A stretch of DNA of 64,000 nucleotides, taken from Diplonema japonicum (taxonomy: Eukaryota > Protista > Euglenozoa: Diplonemea). The notes beneath the pieces are model-generated. The model saw only the letters and a program-made list of their open reading frames with translations, was not told the origin of the DNA and searched no databases. Below are positions 11,171-22,500 of the stretch, one piece after another (position 1 is the stretch's first letter; the number at the start of each line of letters is the position of its first letter). The translations under genes and the position numbers were made by a program. The stretch covers positions 186,001-250,000 of the forward strand of contig OZ025702.1 in NCBI GenBank assembly GCA_964019335.1, in the 5' to 3' direction.

Positions 11171-11786
11171 AATCCCAGGTGGTGGCATATTTTTTAGGTC
11201 GCAAACCAACCTTGACCTTCGCCTTATACACCACAACACTGTCATCCTCTGTCTCAGCCGTCTTGAGGAAGCGATCCCACAGGGCATTCCGTTCTTCGAA
11301 AGCGTCTTCGAGTTCGGCCGTCCACCAGGGGGTCGGGCCTCGTCGCACTCCGCAAAGCGGAATGTGGTCGTCAGCTGCAAGCAGAAGAGCCTCTGTTATG
11401 GAAGCGTCTTCGAGTTCGGCCACCAGGGCTTCGGCGCTTCAGTTCAACTCGAATTTATATATTTCTTTGACCCATTGACACATCAGCAGCTGCAAAAATT
11501 AACAGCACGTGTCGTCTAGTGGTTAGGACGCTCGCCCCACACGCGAGAGATCGTCGGTTCAATCCCGACCATGTGTATTTTTAACTTTTTCACCACAGGA
11601 CTTAGCTGGTGCACTTTCGCCTTCCGAGCTGTCAGAGCACCTTAACCTCAGCAGCATTCGGGACCGCAAGTGGCAAATACAAGGTTGCAGTGCCACAAAG
11701 GGCGAAGGACTCGAGGAAGGGCTGACCTGGGCGGTATGATAGTAGAAATTATGCATGTTCCACAGGTTAAAGCAAGCACCAACTGA
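10469..11786 (+). CDS. ARL3: ADP-ribosylation factor-like GTPase 3; exons 10469-10506, 10552-10806, 10839-10926, 11599-11733, 11766-11786
   Basis: [38 protein letters not shown]|DL and [13 protein letters not shown] reconstructed across four GT-AG introns. Confidence 0.92.
10949..11021 (-). tRNA. tRNA-Ile (anticodon TAT), inside ARL3 intron 3, antisense to ARL3
   Basis: 73-nt cloverleaf GCTCTCG...CGGGAGC-A; anticodon arm CAGGT-CTTATGA-GCCTG; GGTTCAAACCC T-arm; T-run downstream. Confidence 0.9.
11115..11187 (+). tRNA. tRNA-Phe (GAA), inside ARL3 intron 3
   Basis: 73-nt cloverleaf; anticodon arm TCAGA-CTGAAGA-TCTGA; followed by T6 terminator. Confidence 0.95.
11197..11440 (-). mobile_element. 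Non-LTR retrotransposon ORF2 fragment (endonuclease-RT linker region)
   Basis: Minus frame [34 protein letters not shown] has the LINE 'A...IP.....PWW..EL......R' pattern; internal 20-bp duplication AAGCGTCTTCGAGTTCGGCC. Confidence 0.6.
11505..11577 (+). tRNA. tRNA-Val (CAC) with C33, inside ARL3 intron 3
   Basis: 73-nt cloverleaf GCACGTG...CATGTGT-A; anticodon arm CTCGC-CCCACAC-GCGAG; T5 terminator. Confidence 0.9.
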
Positions 11787-12745
11787 AGCTGTAAAGATTC
11801 CCGCTCACTTCCTTTCCTGACCCCACCCTTTTTTTGCCATTCTAAAGCCCCCTGTCCCCTTTTTATGTTTTGAAATTTGCCCAGCCCGTTTTGAAGTAAG
11901 CAACACCGTGAAAGACGGTAGTAGAGGAGACAGAAAAAGAACCCCACTTTTTGTCAAAGGCATTGCTTTAGCAATCCTTTTGTCGAAAAAAAAGAATGGA
12001 GAATAAAGAAAAGAAGAAGAAAAATGTGGCTCCAGGTGTTGGTGTGCCAATCATTGCCCCCCTCCTCCCCGAGTGTGGAATGTAAGAGCAAAAAAGTGTA
12101 GAAATTGAAAACCGGGAAGCGGTAGGATTACACAAGAAGAGCGTCGCCCCTTGGTCTTGGGAAAGAAAAAGGAAGGGAAGAACAAAGCGAAGAAAGGGAG
12201 AAAAAAGAAAAAGAAGACGAAGAAGACGCCTCAGGTGCAACAGTGGCTGGGTTCTGTCGCGGCTTCTGATTTCTTTTGCTACTTTCCGCATGTCGTGCTT
12301 ACAAAGAAGTATTGACTGGAACTGCTGAACAAGAGGAATCTAACTGGGTGTGCTCTGATGCGTTTTTCCTCCCCCCCATCTTTATTTTCTTTTTTTTTGT
12401 TTCCCCATCCCTCCCTTAAATATTCTGGTCCTCTCCCCTTACATAATGCCCCTTCACTGCACTTTTTTTTTTCTTTCCCCCCTTCTCCCCCCCCTGACCT
12501 CCCCGTTGAACAACCCAACCACTCCATCCCCTTAAAGGCTTTATTCTTTTGAAACATCTTATTTGGATTTTTTTTCTCCTTATTATTTTATCCTTTTCCT
12601 TTTTTCTTTTTTCTTTTTTCTTTTTTTTCTCTTTTCATGAATTCTGCGAACCCAGCTTAATTTTGGCAGGCAAACAGAAATCACCACAAGATCGCGTCCG
12701 TGTGCACTGGGGAACTAACCGTAGGAAAATTCAAAAAAAATAAAA

Positions 12746-14005
12746 ATGTCAGAGTTGGGCTGTGACTATGCAGGAACGAAGTATGAGTTGAAGCTCGACG
12801 ATGAAGGAAAAGAACTACTGCAAAGGGCGATGGAGGGGGAGGCATGTGGAGAGGAGATCTCAGTGATCTATGTTGACGATGATATTGAAGACGAGGTTGA
12901 CGCGTGCTGGCTGGCCGGCGTGATGAAGGACTTCGACGCCTGCAGACGAATCCTCGCCCACGACAGAACAACCAGCAAGGAGATGATGCACGACCTCGTG
13001 GTGAAGGCCTTCGAGGCAAACGACACCGAACTCATGTCCCGAATCCTATCGTCCCTCCCGACCAAACACGCGGTTTACAAAATCGATCCTGAAATCCTCT
13101 TCGAGGACCGCTTCTCTGAAGATCTCATTGAATTCTGCATTGAGTCAGGCTTCCGCTGCGACTCTCTCCAAGGTGTTGCACCCTGCGCGAGCCGGAAATG
13201 CCTTCTATACTGCAAAGCGACCATGCACATCCCTGTGTCCCCTTACAGCACAGAACCCATTTCGGAAGGAACGACTCTATGCGAGGCCGATCTTTTCCTG
13301 ATGAGGATGCTTATTAATGGTGCGGTGTCTGTCCCGATCTACCAGGCTGCATTGGCTGTCAGGTCAAATCTCAAACCTGCAACGTCTCTGACGTGGGTTG
13401 GACACTTCATCTATGCAGCTTCATTGAACAAGAACGACGACTTCTGGCGGGCAACCGTCCGAACCACAGCATTCTGGGACTACGCGTCTGAGAGAGGGGT
13501 ATCGAAGAACGAACTGTTGACGGTGAAGAGTGGTAAACCGATCACTTACCCTAGCAGGCTTCGATGGATCATGGTGGAGATTTTCCCAACTGTCTCTGAG
13601 CTTCGCAAGGCACGCGTTATAGAGTTCGTCACCGAGGAACAGGCGAAGGTCACCACCACCGTTGCAGCCAGCGTGCTGATCGATCCTGTTGCGCAGGGCA
13701 TCGACATGATACTTGGCACACCAACAGCCAACAGCACCCCCAGCGCAGCCCAGAAAGCCCTCGACCTCGATCCCTTTGCTGCCGCTGTTGAAAAATCGTC
13801 GTCCTTGATCTCCGTTAGCACCTCTTCGAAGCTGCAGCTGTACTCTTATTACAAACAAGCCACCGAAGGGGACTGCACCATCCCCAAACCCGGAATGTTT
13901 GAAATGGAGAAGAAAGCAAAATGGGATGCGTGGACAGGCGTGACGGGTCTTTCCAAAGAAGATGCCAAGACGAAGTACATCAACCTCGTCAACAGCATGG
14001 TTTGA
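12746..14005 (+). CDS. Protein with C-terminal acyl-CoA-binding (ACBP) domain
   Basis: KLQLYSYYKQATEGDC..PKPGMFEMEKKAKWDAW...GLSKEDAKTKYINLV. Confidence 0.9.
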   Translation: MSELGCDYAGTKYELKLDDEGKELLQRAMEGEACGEEISVIYVDDDIEDEVDACWLAGVMKDFDACRRILAHDRTTSKEMMHDLVVKAFEANDTELMSRILSSLPTKHAVYKIDPEILFEDRFSEDLIEFCIESGFRCDSLQGVAPCASRKCLLYCKATMHIPVSPYSTEPISEGTTLCEADLFLMRMLINGAVSVPIYQAALAVRSNLKPATSLTWVGHFIYAASLNKNDDFWRATVRTTAFWDYASERGVSKNELLTVKSGKPITYPSRLRWIMVEIFPTVSELRKARVIEFVTEEQAKVTTTVAASVLIDPVAQGIDMILGTPTANSTPSAAQKALDLDPFAAAVEKSSSLISVSTSSKLQLYSYYKQATEGDCTIPKPGMFEMEKKAKWDAWTGVTGLSKEDAKTKYINLVNSMV

Positions 14006-14134
14006 AGAGAAAAAAAATTGAAGATGGGGGGAAGGGGGGGTGGGAGCGAAACAAAAACGATGCACGTCTTCTTTTTTTCTTCTCCCCCACCACATTTCAA
14101 AGAATAAAGGAGGGCGGGGGGGAGGGGGGAGAAA

Positions 14135-15123
14135 ATGCGAGCCACCACCCGATTACATATGAAGCTGTATAACAGATACCCATGGAAACAGCAACCGGTG
14201 ATGCAGGACAATGATTACTGGCCGCTTGACAAAAGGCTGAAAGCGTATTGGAACTCACTGTGGAACACGACATACGCCGCTGGAGCTTCGTGGGTGAAAC
14301 TGCGGAACTTGGTGGGGCAGAAGCGAGACCAGTCTGAGGGTGAGGATTTCAGCGACACAACTGGTCACCTTGTGGGCCAGGTGCCCCCGCCTTTGGTACT
14401 ATTGGAGCCACGGGGTTCACAAACTGTGGATCGATTCTCTATCACATCGGATCAACTCCTGGGAGGGCACAGCGAAGCGTTCCTTGATGTCACTGAAGGG
14501 GACAATCTGCTCTTCCACGGTACGCTGCGTGTCACGCGTGACCCTGTCAAGATGGCCACCCACATGGGTGAGGACGTCATCACAGACGACTACGTCGGCT
14601 ACGCCTCCTTCGAATGCTTCTTCAGTAAGCTTCACAACTACTACCTCCACAACGTTAGAGGGGTCGAAATTCGGTGCCGAGGTTCACAGACGCCTTTTAC
14701 TCTCAAATATCAAACCCGTATCATGCCTCCCTCACAGCACCTCGCGCACATGTTCGTCCCTACTGACGAGTGGCGGTGCTACGTTTTACGATTCGATCAC
14801 ATGCGGCTGCTGCACTTCGGTACCGAAATGCCCTCGAATAGGCAGTTGGGTATGGGATTTTGAAATGGGAAAAAAAAAAAAAAACTCTCAAAAAACAGCT
14901 GACAACGGGGATTGGCAAATGCCTGTGCGGAAATTTATGATAAGCGTTAATGTAGGGGAGGAAGGTTTGTTGCGGTGGGGAAGAAAAAAGTGGACGTTTT
15001 AACACTACAACAGATGACTTCTGGTTGGAAATTGACTACATCCGTTACGTAAATAGAACCGAAGGGATGACGGAAGGCAAGGGCGAGACGTTGATAAACA
15101 CCGAGCACGACAGATTCGGCTAG
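14135..15123 (+). CDS. CIA30/NDUFAF1-like complex I assembly factor domain protein; exons 14135-14849, 14899-14964, 15014-15123
   Basis: SDQLLGGHSEA...FHGTL...GYASF...GVEIRCRG...DEWR, with spliced C-terminal FWLEIDYIR. Confidence 0.75.
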
Positions 15124-15286
15124 TAGAAAAAAAAAAAGAAGAATACCCCCCCCCCCCCCCTTCTTCTTTTTGTGTTCTCTTCATTTGACATCATGTGCAC
15201 ATGTAGCGCCACTGTCTGCCTTCTTCGCCACCTTTTCTCGACAGAAAAAAAAAGATTTCACAAAAAAGAAGAAACAAAGAGAAAAA

Positions 15287-15877
15287 ATGACCGCCGTCAA
15301 CAACGTCGAGATGAAAACACCGCCTCCCGTTGTCCAGGTTGGGTTCCCACAGCCACAGGTAGTGGATACCCAACCTGTTGTCTACGATGTTGTCCCTGAC
15401 GACAACACCAACAACAACATCAACCCTGCATTGAGCTACGCGGCATTGGGTGTCATAGCTGTGGGGTATGCGCTCGTCTGGGCGGGTTTGTTTGTATGGG
15501 CATCTGGTGTGCAGAATAGTACAGGTTGGCGTTTCGTGCTAGCAGGCATGATTACGTGCGGTGTGGGGTGTGCCTTCCTTTTCGCAGTCATAAAGTACCA
15601 GCAAGAGGCTATGTGCAAGCGGGTGATGATCGCGTTCGGTGTTCTAGGTGTATTGCTCCTTGTCCCCTTCCTCATCGTGCTATTCACCACTTATTCGTAT
15701 GACAGCAGTGATAGTGATGACCATGACAAAGCTTGGGACGACTTCAGCGATGGTGTGGCTAGGACTGTCTACACTCTCTTTGGTATTGCAGTGCTTGCCG
15801 TGTCTGGGTGTGTCATGGGGTGCTTTTGCTGTGTTTTGTCTTGTAAGCGGCCTGCGAACTGCCCTATAGAAGTGTAA
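15287..15877 (+). CDS. Four-TM membrane protein of unknown function, paralog 1
   Basis: ATG after A-run; Pro/Gln/Val N-terminus, four hydrophobic segments, Cys-rich C-terminus. Confidence 0.8.
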   Translation: MTAVNNVEMKTPPPVVQVGFPQPQVVDTQPVVYDVVPDDNTNNNINPALSYAALGVIAVGYALVWAGLFVWASGVQNSTGWRFVLAGMITCGVGCAFLFAVIKYQQEAMCKRVMIAFGVLGVLLLVPFLIVLFTTYSYDSSDSDDHDKAWDDFSDGVARTVYTLFGIAVLAVSGCVMGCFCCVLSCKRPANCPIEV

Positions 15878-16811
15878 GGGGGTTATTGTTACTATGAAAA
15901 AAAAAAAAAAAAAAAAGAAGAAGAGCAGGGTGTTATTCCAGATGATCGGCGCAACAATGTAACAAGTTTTTTTTTCTTTTTTTTTCTTCTCTATTTTTAT
16001 ATTTTTGATTTAAAAAAAAAAAAAAGGTTGCAATTTCTTTTGATAAGGGACCCCCTTCGCCGAAAAGTATATGAAAATCACCTCTTTTCTTCCACCCCCC
16101 TTTTCTTCTTCTTTGAAGTTGTTTCTCTTGAGATGGTCTCACAGAGCTTCCGGTAATTTTTTCTTCCGGTAAGTTTTCCCCCTTCCCGGAGATTGAAACG
16201 TGACGATGTACCCCCCCTCTGTTTTTTCTCTTTTATTGTTCTTCCTTCTAAAACCACTCTTTCTATGTTAATTAGTGAGTCCCTTAAGCCCCTGGCTTTC
16301 GGGTAGTGAGGTTTTAGAGAGAAAAAGAAAAGAAATGAAGAAATCAAGTAGTTCTGGCTTCCCCCACGTAAGTTAAAAAAGTGGATTTTTTTTTTCCCCT
16401 TTCTTTCTTTTTTTAGGTAGGTGGTGGGGATAACATGAAAATATAAGAAGTACATCAGATGTGTTGTTCGCTGTTGACCTCCTCGTCGGTCATCACCGGT
16501 AGCGCCCGAGTGGAAGAACGTAACGCAGATGCTCAGGTGACGAACAGGCAGCAAACTGCACGAGCGCAGAATCTTGGTTACCCGGACGCCCCGGCTAGGG
16601 TTGAGCACACCGCACGCATTAAGGACACGACGCGGAACGCAGAAGAAGCTACTGCTCGGCCGAGGAGCGCCCCCTGTAATCAAGTAGGTAGTTCGTGCTT
16701 CATTGCACGCTTAACGCCACCTAGTGTTGCAATCAAAGCCCCATTTTTTTTCTTATTATTGTTATTGTTGTTGTCGCTCTTGATGAAAGAAAGCGAAAAA
16801 AAATAAACACT

Positions 16812-16850
<39 letters not shown>

Positions 16851-17459
16851 CGCATAAGCTCAAGTTTTGCTTCTTTTAGATTTGTCGGCTTCATGTTATG
16901 CATCGCCGCAAGAATGAAAGGTCATGGGAGGTTCTCTCCCTTCAAACACTTTACAACTAAGATATATTTTATTAATTGGGGAAGCAGGACCAAGGTTTTC
17001 GTACCTAGGTCTCAGGTGAGCGACGGTACCCCCCCCCCCCCCTTAAGCGAGTCAAAGCCAAGTGAGAGGGAACTGTGCATGTGTTCTTGCTTTTGGCAGA
17101 CTGAACAGCCAGGTACCTCGGTTCACGACTGTAACCTTTTGTCTTCTGAAGCTTCTGGCATCATATATTTGTAGACGCGGTACTAGCCACTTCGTTTTCT
17201 ATCTTTCAACAATTTCTGTTTCCATCATCTTCCAACTACTTCTTCTTTTTTGTTCCCTTCATTTGACATCATGTGCATCTGTAAATGCATCAAGCCTCCT
17301 GTGCAAGAATACGAGTGTTGTGTATGGAACACAGTTTTTGAATTCCAGTGCACTGTGAACTCAAGGCTGTGATGGCAAGATTTGCCAGCGCGTCGACTTC
17401 ATCCTTTTTCTCGACAAAAAAAAAAAAAAAGATTTCACACAAAAGAAAAAAAAAAAAAA

Positions 17460-18044
17460 ATGGCCGTCAACAACGCCGAGATGAAAATGCCGCCTCCTGT
17501 TGTGGGTCAGGTTGGGTACCCACAGCCACAGGTAGTGGTCTACGAAGCTGTCCCTGACGACAACACCAACAACAACATCAACCCTGCATTGAGCTACGCG
17601 GCATTGGGTGTCATAGCTGTGGGGTATGCGCTCGTCTGGGCGGGTTTGTTTGTATGGGCATCTGGTGTGCAGAATAGTACAGGTTGGCGTTTCGTGCTAG
17701 CAGGCATGATTACGTGCGGTGTGGGGTGTGCCTTCCTTTTCGCAGTCATAAAGTACCAGCAAGAGGCTATGTGCAAGCGGGTGATGATCGCGTTCGGTGT
17801 TCTAGGTGTATTGCTCCTTGTCCCCTTCCTCATCGTGCTATTCACCACTTATTCGTATGACAGTAGTGATAGTGATGACCATGACAAAGCTTGGGACGAC
17901 TTCGGCGTTGGTGTGGCTAGGACTGTCTACACTCTCTTTGGCATTGCAGTGCTTGCCGTGTCTGGGTGTGTCATGGGGTGCTTTTGCTGTGTTTTGTCTT
18001 GTAAGCGGCCTGCTGCAAACTTCCAAGTTGCACAAACGGTGTAA
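17460..18044 (+). CDS. Four-TM membrane protein of unknown function, paralog 2
   Basis: Core nearly identical to 15287-15877; the termini differ. Confidence 0.8.
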   Translation: MAVNNAEMKMPPPVVGQVGYPQPQVVVYEAVPDDNTNNNINPALSYAALGVIAVGYALVWAGLFVWASGVQNSTGWRFVLAGMITCGVGCAFLFAVIKYQQEAMCKRVMIAFGVLGVLLLVPFLIVLFTTYSYDSSDSDDHDKAWDDFGVGVARTVYTLFGIAVLAVSGCVMGCFCCVLSCKRPAANFQVAQTV

Positions 18045-18378
18045 GGGTACTATTTGTTTCTTCTTCTTTACTATAACATTTATTAATAAATTTCCGGAAG
18101 TAAAAACTTTACGGTCCAATATTTTCTTCCGGACATTTTTTTTTTTTTTTTTCCCAAGCACCGTTTGGGGCCCACCCTGCGAAGACGTCTAGCCATTAGG
18201 CGCGTCTAACTATTATGATTCTTTTTTTTTTTTCTCTGCATCACAAAATCATGATTGGGTGACGAAGTAAATTTCCCTTCCGGAGTTAATTGTTTTTTAC
18301 AGTATCCCCTACTGCACGCTTTACGCTAACTAGTGTTGCATCAATGCCCCATTTTTTTTTCCCCCCCTTCCCCCTTCC

Positions 18379-18418
<40 letters not shown>

Positions 18419-18997
18419 CCTTTTTTTTTTGGCGGGCCGTTGCTAACCACTTCGTTCCTATCATAGTGAATTTTTTTTTTCCCCTATGAAAAAATAAAAT
18501 AAAATTCCCCTCCCCCCCTTTTTTTTACATAAGGGTGTTTTCTCAAATGATTGGCGCAACAAGTTTTTTTTTCTTTTTTCTTATTTCTTTTTCTTTTTCC
18601 TTGTTCATAAATTTTAAAATTTTAAAAGTTGCAATTTTTTTTTATAGTGAGGGAGAATCTCCTTTCGCCGAAACTCATATGAAAACCACCTTCTTTCTCC
18701 CCCCCCCCTGTTTTTTCTCTTTTATTCTTTTTCCTCGTTTTCTTTTCCTTCTAAAACCACTCTTTCTATGTTAATTAGTGAGTCCCTTAAGCCCTTGGCT
18801 TTCGGGTAGTGAGGTTTTTAAAAAAAAAAAGAAAAGAAATGAAAAAAGAAATAAAAGATAAAGCAAATAGTTCTGGCTTCCCCACGTAAGTTAAAAAAGT
18901 GGATTTTTTTTTTTTTTCCCTTTCTTTCTTTTTTTTTCTTATTATTGTTATTGTTGTTGTCGCTCTTGATGAAAGAAAGCGAAAAAAAATAAACACT

Positions 18998-19041
<44 letters not shown>

Positions 19042-19489
19042 CGCATAAGCTCAAGTTTTGCTTCTTTTAGATTTGTCGGCTTCATGTTATGCATCGCCGC
19101 AAGAATGAAAGGTCATGGGAGGTTCTCTCCCTTCAAACACTTTACAACTAAGATATATTTTATTAATTGGGGAAGCAGGACCAAGGTTTTCGTACCTAGG
19201 TCTCAGGTGAGCGACGGTACCCCCCCCCCCCCCCCCCCCCCCTTAAGCGAGTCAAAGCCAAGTGAGAGGGAACTGTGCATGTGTTCTTGCTTTTGGCAGA
19301 CTGAACAGCCAGGTACCTCGGTTCACGACTGTAACCTTTTGTCTTCTGAAGCTTCTGGCATCATATATTTGTAGACACGGTACTAGCCACTTCGTTTTCT
19401 ATCTCAACGGTTTTTATTTCCTCACCATTTACGTAACTACTTCTTGAACCTAGTAATGTTGGCTGTACCCACAGGGTTGGAGGAATTTG

Positions 19490-19521
<32 letters not shown>

Positions 19522-22500
19522 ATGACAACGTCCACATCCCCCAAGAGAAAACACCGATCTAGCATAAGGTCCAGCAGTTCGGCAGTCAGGTCGGTTCTGT
19601 CAGCCGAACCGGAAAAAGTGTGTTCCCCAAGAAGTTCGAGCAGCAGCAGAGGCCGCTTCAAACCCGGATCTGACGATCTCACAACGAACTGGCACACAAA
19701 GGGACCGCCTAAAGAATCTTTGTACACCAGAAGCAACTCTGTGGGAAGGGTCGTGATGCCACCGAGGTACTTGATGTCAACAACGTCCTCTCAGCAAGGA
19801 TCATGGAAGGCAAGCAAGACCAGGGTGGATCCGGACAGGGAAGACCCAGTGAGATGGCCGGAGTGCAATCTACCAAACGCAGCACAGTTCACTTCATGGC
19901 ATGCTGCCCAACAGATAGACGAGAATCCTTCAAAACACATTGCCTTTCAAATTCAATCTACAGACAGCCAAGCTGAAGACGTCGACATGGCTGGCATGGC
20001 GTTGGAAGGCTACGCATGGGAGTCAGAGGACGCTCTCACTTACGCAGAGTTCCTCACAATGCTTGAAGACATTGAACCCGACACTGCAATTGGCGAATGG
20101 TTCACTCCCGACCTCTTTACCCTCGCTATCAATGGCCGTGGTGAAGACCCTTCCAAAGGCATGACTCACAGGATCTTGTCAGATGTTTTCTCTGAATGGT
20201 TCTTCCACGACATCCTGAAGCTCAACAGAGTCCGTGGTCTGCTCTCGAGCAAATCGGAAGATAGCAGAAGCTTGCGCAGCTTGAAAAGCTTGGAAGAAGA
20301 AGTTCCCGGCTTCATGAAACCAACCCAAAGCTTCATCGCGTCAAGCCCTAAGATGACCGAAGAACAAGAACGAAGAGACGAGACCACCAAACGCCGAGCG
20401 GAACGAGAACAAAGAAAGCGGGACGCCATGGAGAGACGGCACAAGAAAAGAACGAGAACACCCCCGCGTCGAGCAGAAGACTGGAAGCAAGGCGAAACCG
20501 TCATGGTGCGCGACTCGGAAGGCGAACCCTGGAAACAAGGGTCCATAATATCCATCACCGGCGGCAAGCCTTCCGTGATGCCGAAAGGTTTTACTAAACC
20601 ACACTTCTGGAAGCAGGTCAAAAGAATCAAAGCAGAGAGCGAAGGATCGATCTGTGTTACAGGGGCTTCAAAGGCACTATTTATAGGAATCGACTACATC
20701 GACACACCTGCTGAGATACAAGGCAGCATCCACGACACGAAGGACTTGGAGAGGATTCTCAAGAAGCACGGGTTCAATGTTACCAAAAGGGTGCTTACGG
20801 ACGATATTTTGTCAAAGTTGCCCACCAGAGCTAACATCCTCGACGGGCTGAGGTGGTTGGTGGAAGGGTGCTCTGAGGGAGACAGTTTGTTCCTATCATT
20901 CTGCGGGTTGAACACCGTCCGCTGCGACGAGACGACAACAGGGATCGTCCCGTGCGACTATACCACAGCCGGTGTGATCTCCAGTGATATTATCGCATCC
21001 ATCGTCCTTTGTGGCATACCCCCTGGTGCAAGACTCACCATTCTTGCAGACTGCAGGTACGGTGGATCGATTCTTTCCCTCCCCAACGAGATCTCCGTGA
21101 CTCCCAACGGCACTTACACTCTGAAGGAGGACAACCCCGCAACCCTCCCCTCCAACATTGGTGAAATCTTCTCGATATCTTCAAACCGCAAAAGGTTAAA
21201 GGCCTTAGACGACTCCTGCCTCGTCCAGGGCTTCTCAGCGTGCACAAACCGAACGGATCCTCTTGTCGGGTCGCTTCTGTCCGAGATGAAACAGGTCATA
21301 AGCGAGAAGCTGGGCAGCGACAACGTGCAGCTCCCTGTCCTGCAGTGCACCCATCGCATCGATCTGCACCACAGATGGTCCCTCGGGATCCCCCGCATGG
21401 CCGAAACAAGCACCGAACTCCAACCGCGCGACTCCCTTAGAACACTCAGCAGAGAGAACCTCCGTGTGGCAGCCCGCGACGCTGCGATCGCCCAAGCAAA
21501 GGCGCAGAAGAAGGGTGAAGGTTGCTTTAACTGGAAAGGTTTATTCGGCTGGCTTCCACCCCCGTTGTCAAGGAGAATGCCAGATTATCTGAAATCGGAC
21601 ACATGGGTCATGAACCCCATTCTAGGAACAGGCGAGGAGATTCAAAAGTTCATTCCCGAAGACTGCTTGAGCAGCCCAAGAAAATACCGCCCAGCACCTG
21701 CACGGCGCGAGGCTGATGTGTTCTTTGTACACCCGACCACCTCCGAGGTGGGCTGGGGCTGCGCCGACTGGGACGATGAGGCGGAGCTGACAGAAGATGT
21801 TGTGAGGGAGATGTCCAGCGTCTTTAACGGCTGCTGCCGTATCTTTGCCCCGAAGTACCGCCAAGCAAGGTTCCAGGCTTACAGTTCAGCAGGCAGCTGC
21901 GGCGATCAGTTCAACATTGCTTACGAGGATGTTAAGCGTGCTTTCCACACATATCTGGACGAATGGAACCCGCTGGGACCTAGCGGCAGGCGGCCTTTCT
22001 TCGTTGCAGGGCACGGGCAGGGCAGCCACCACTTGTGCAGACTGCTCCGTGAAGAGCCAGTTGACAGGGCGATGGTGTGCGCGTATCTCATCGGGTGGTT
22101 CGTGGGCGAAGACACCTTAGCACATCGCTTGCCGTTTGGAAAGTCCCCGACACAGACTAGATGTTGGGTGTCCTACGCATCGTCTGGCGAGCACCTGCGA
22201 AGGAGCAACCCTGCTGCGTACGGCAAGGCTGGTGGATATCCACTGGGCGCAAACGCCACGAACTCATGGACAACTGAGAAACCTAAAGTGGTAAACCCGT
22301 TGACCTTTAGATACGAGACACGCATGGTGGCCGCGGAGAAGCACGGCGGGTCGCTTCTTGCAAACGGCACGCTGTCAGGGCAGGGGTTGTTCGGGGCGTC
22401 GATTGACTTGGTAACGAACGAGCTCTTAATCGTGCCCGCAAAGAACGACGAGTTCCTGGACGTGACCGGGCACAGGGACCCAAGGAAGAGGTTCTTTTCA

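Larger units (their letters stand above)
15160..19405 (+). repeat. Tandem segmental duplication, ~2.1-kb units (~15160-17205 and ~17240-19405)
   Basis: Near-identical genes plus shared non-coding blocks, e.g. 16753-17205 vs 18939-19405 and 16245-16390 vs 18749-18910. Confidence 0.9.

Noticed and set aside
11996-12340. Possible small gene between ARL3 and the ACBP gene
   Set aside because: The composition looks partly coding, but I could not build a convincing spliced frame or recognise a family.
16893-17174. 93-96-aa ORF repeated at 19084-19374
   Set aside because: The repetition is explained by the tandem duplication; the ORF crosses a variable C-run, lacks the usual start context and has no recognisable motif.
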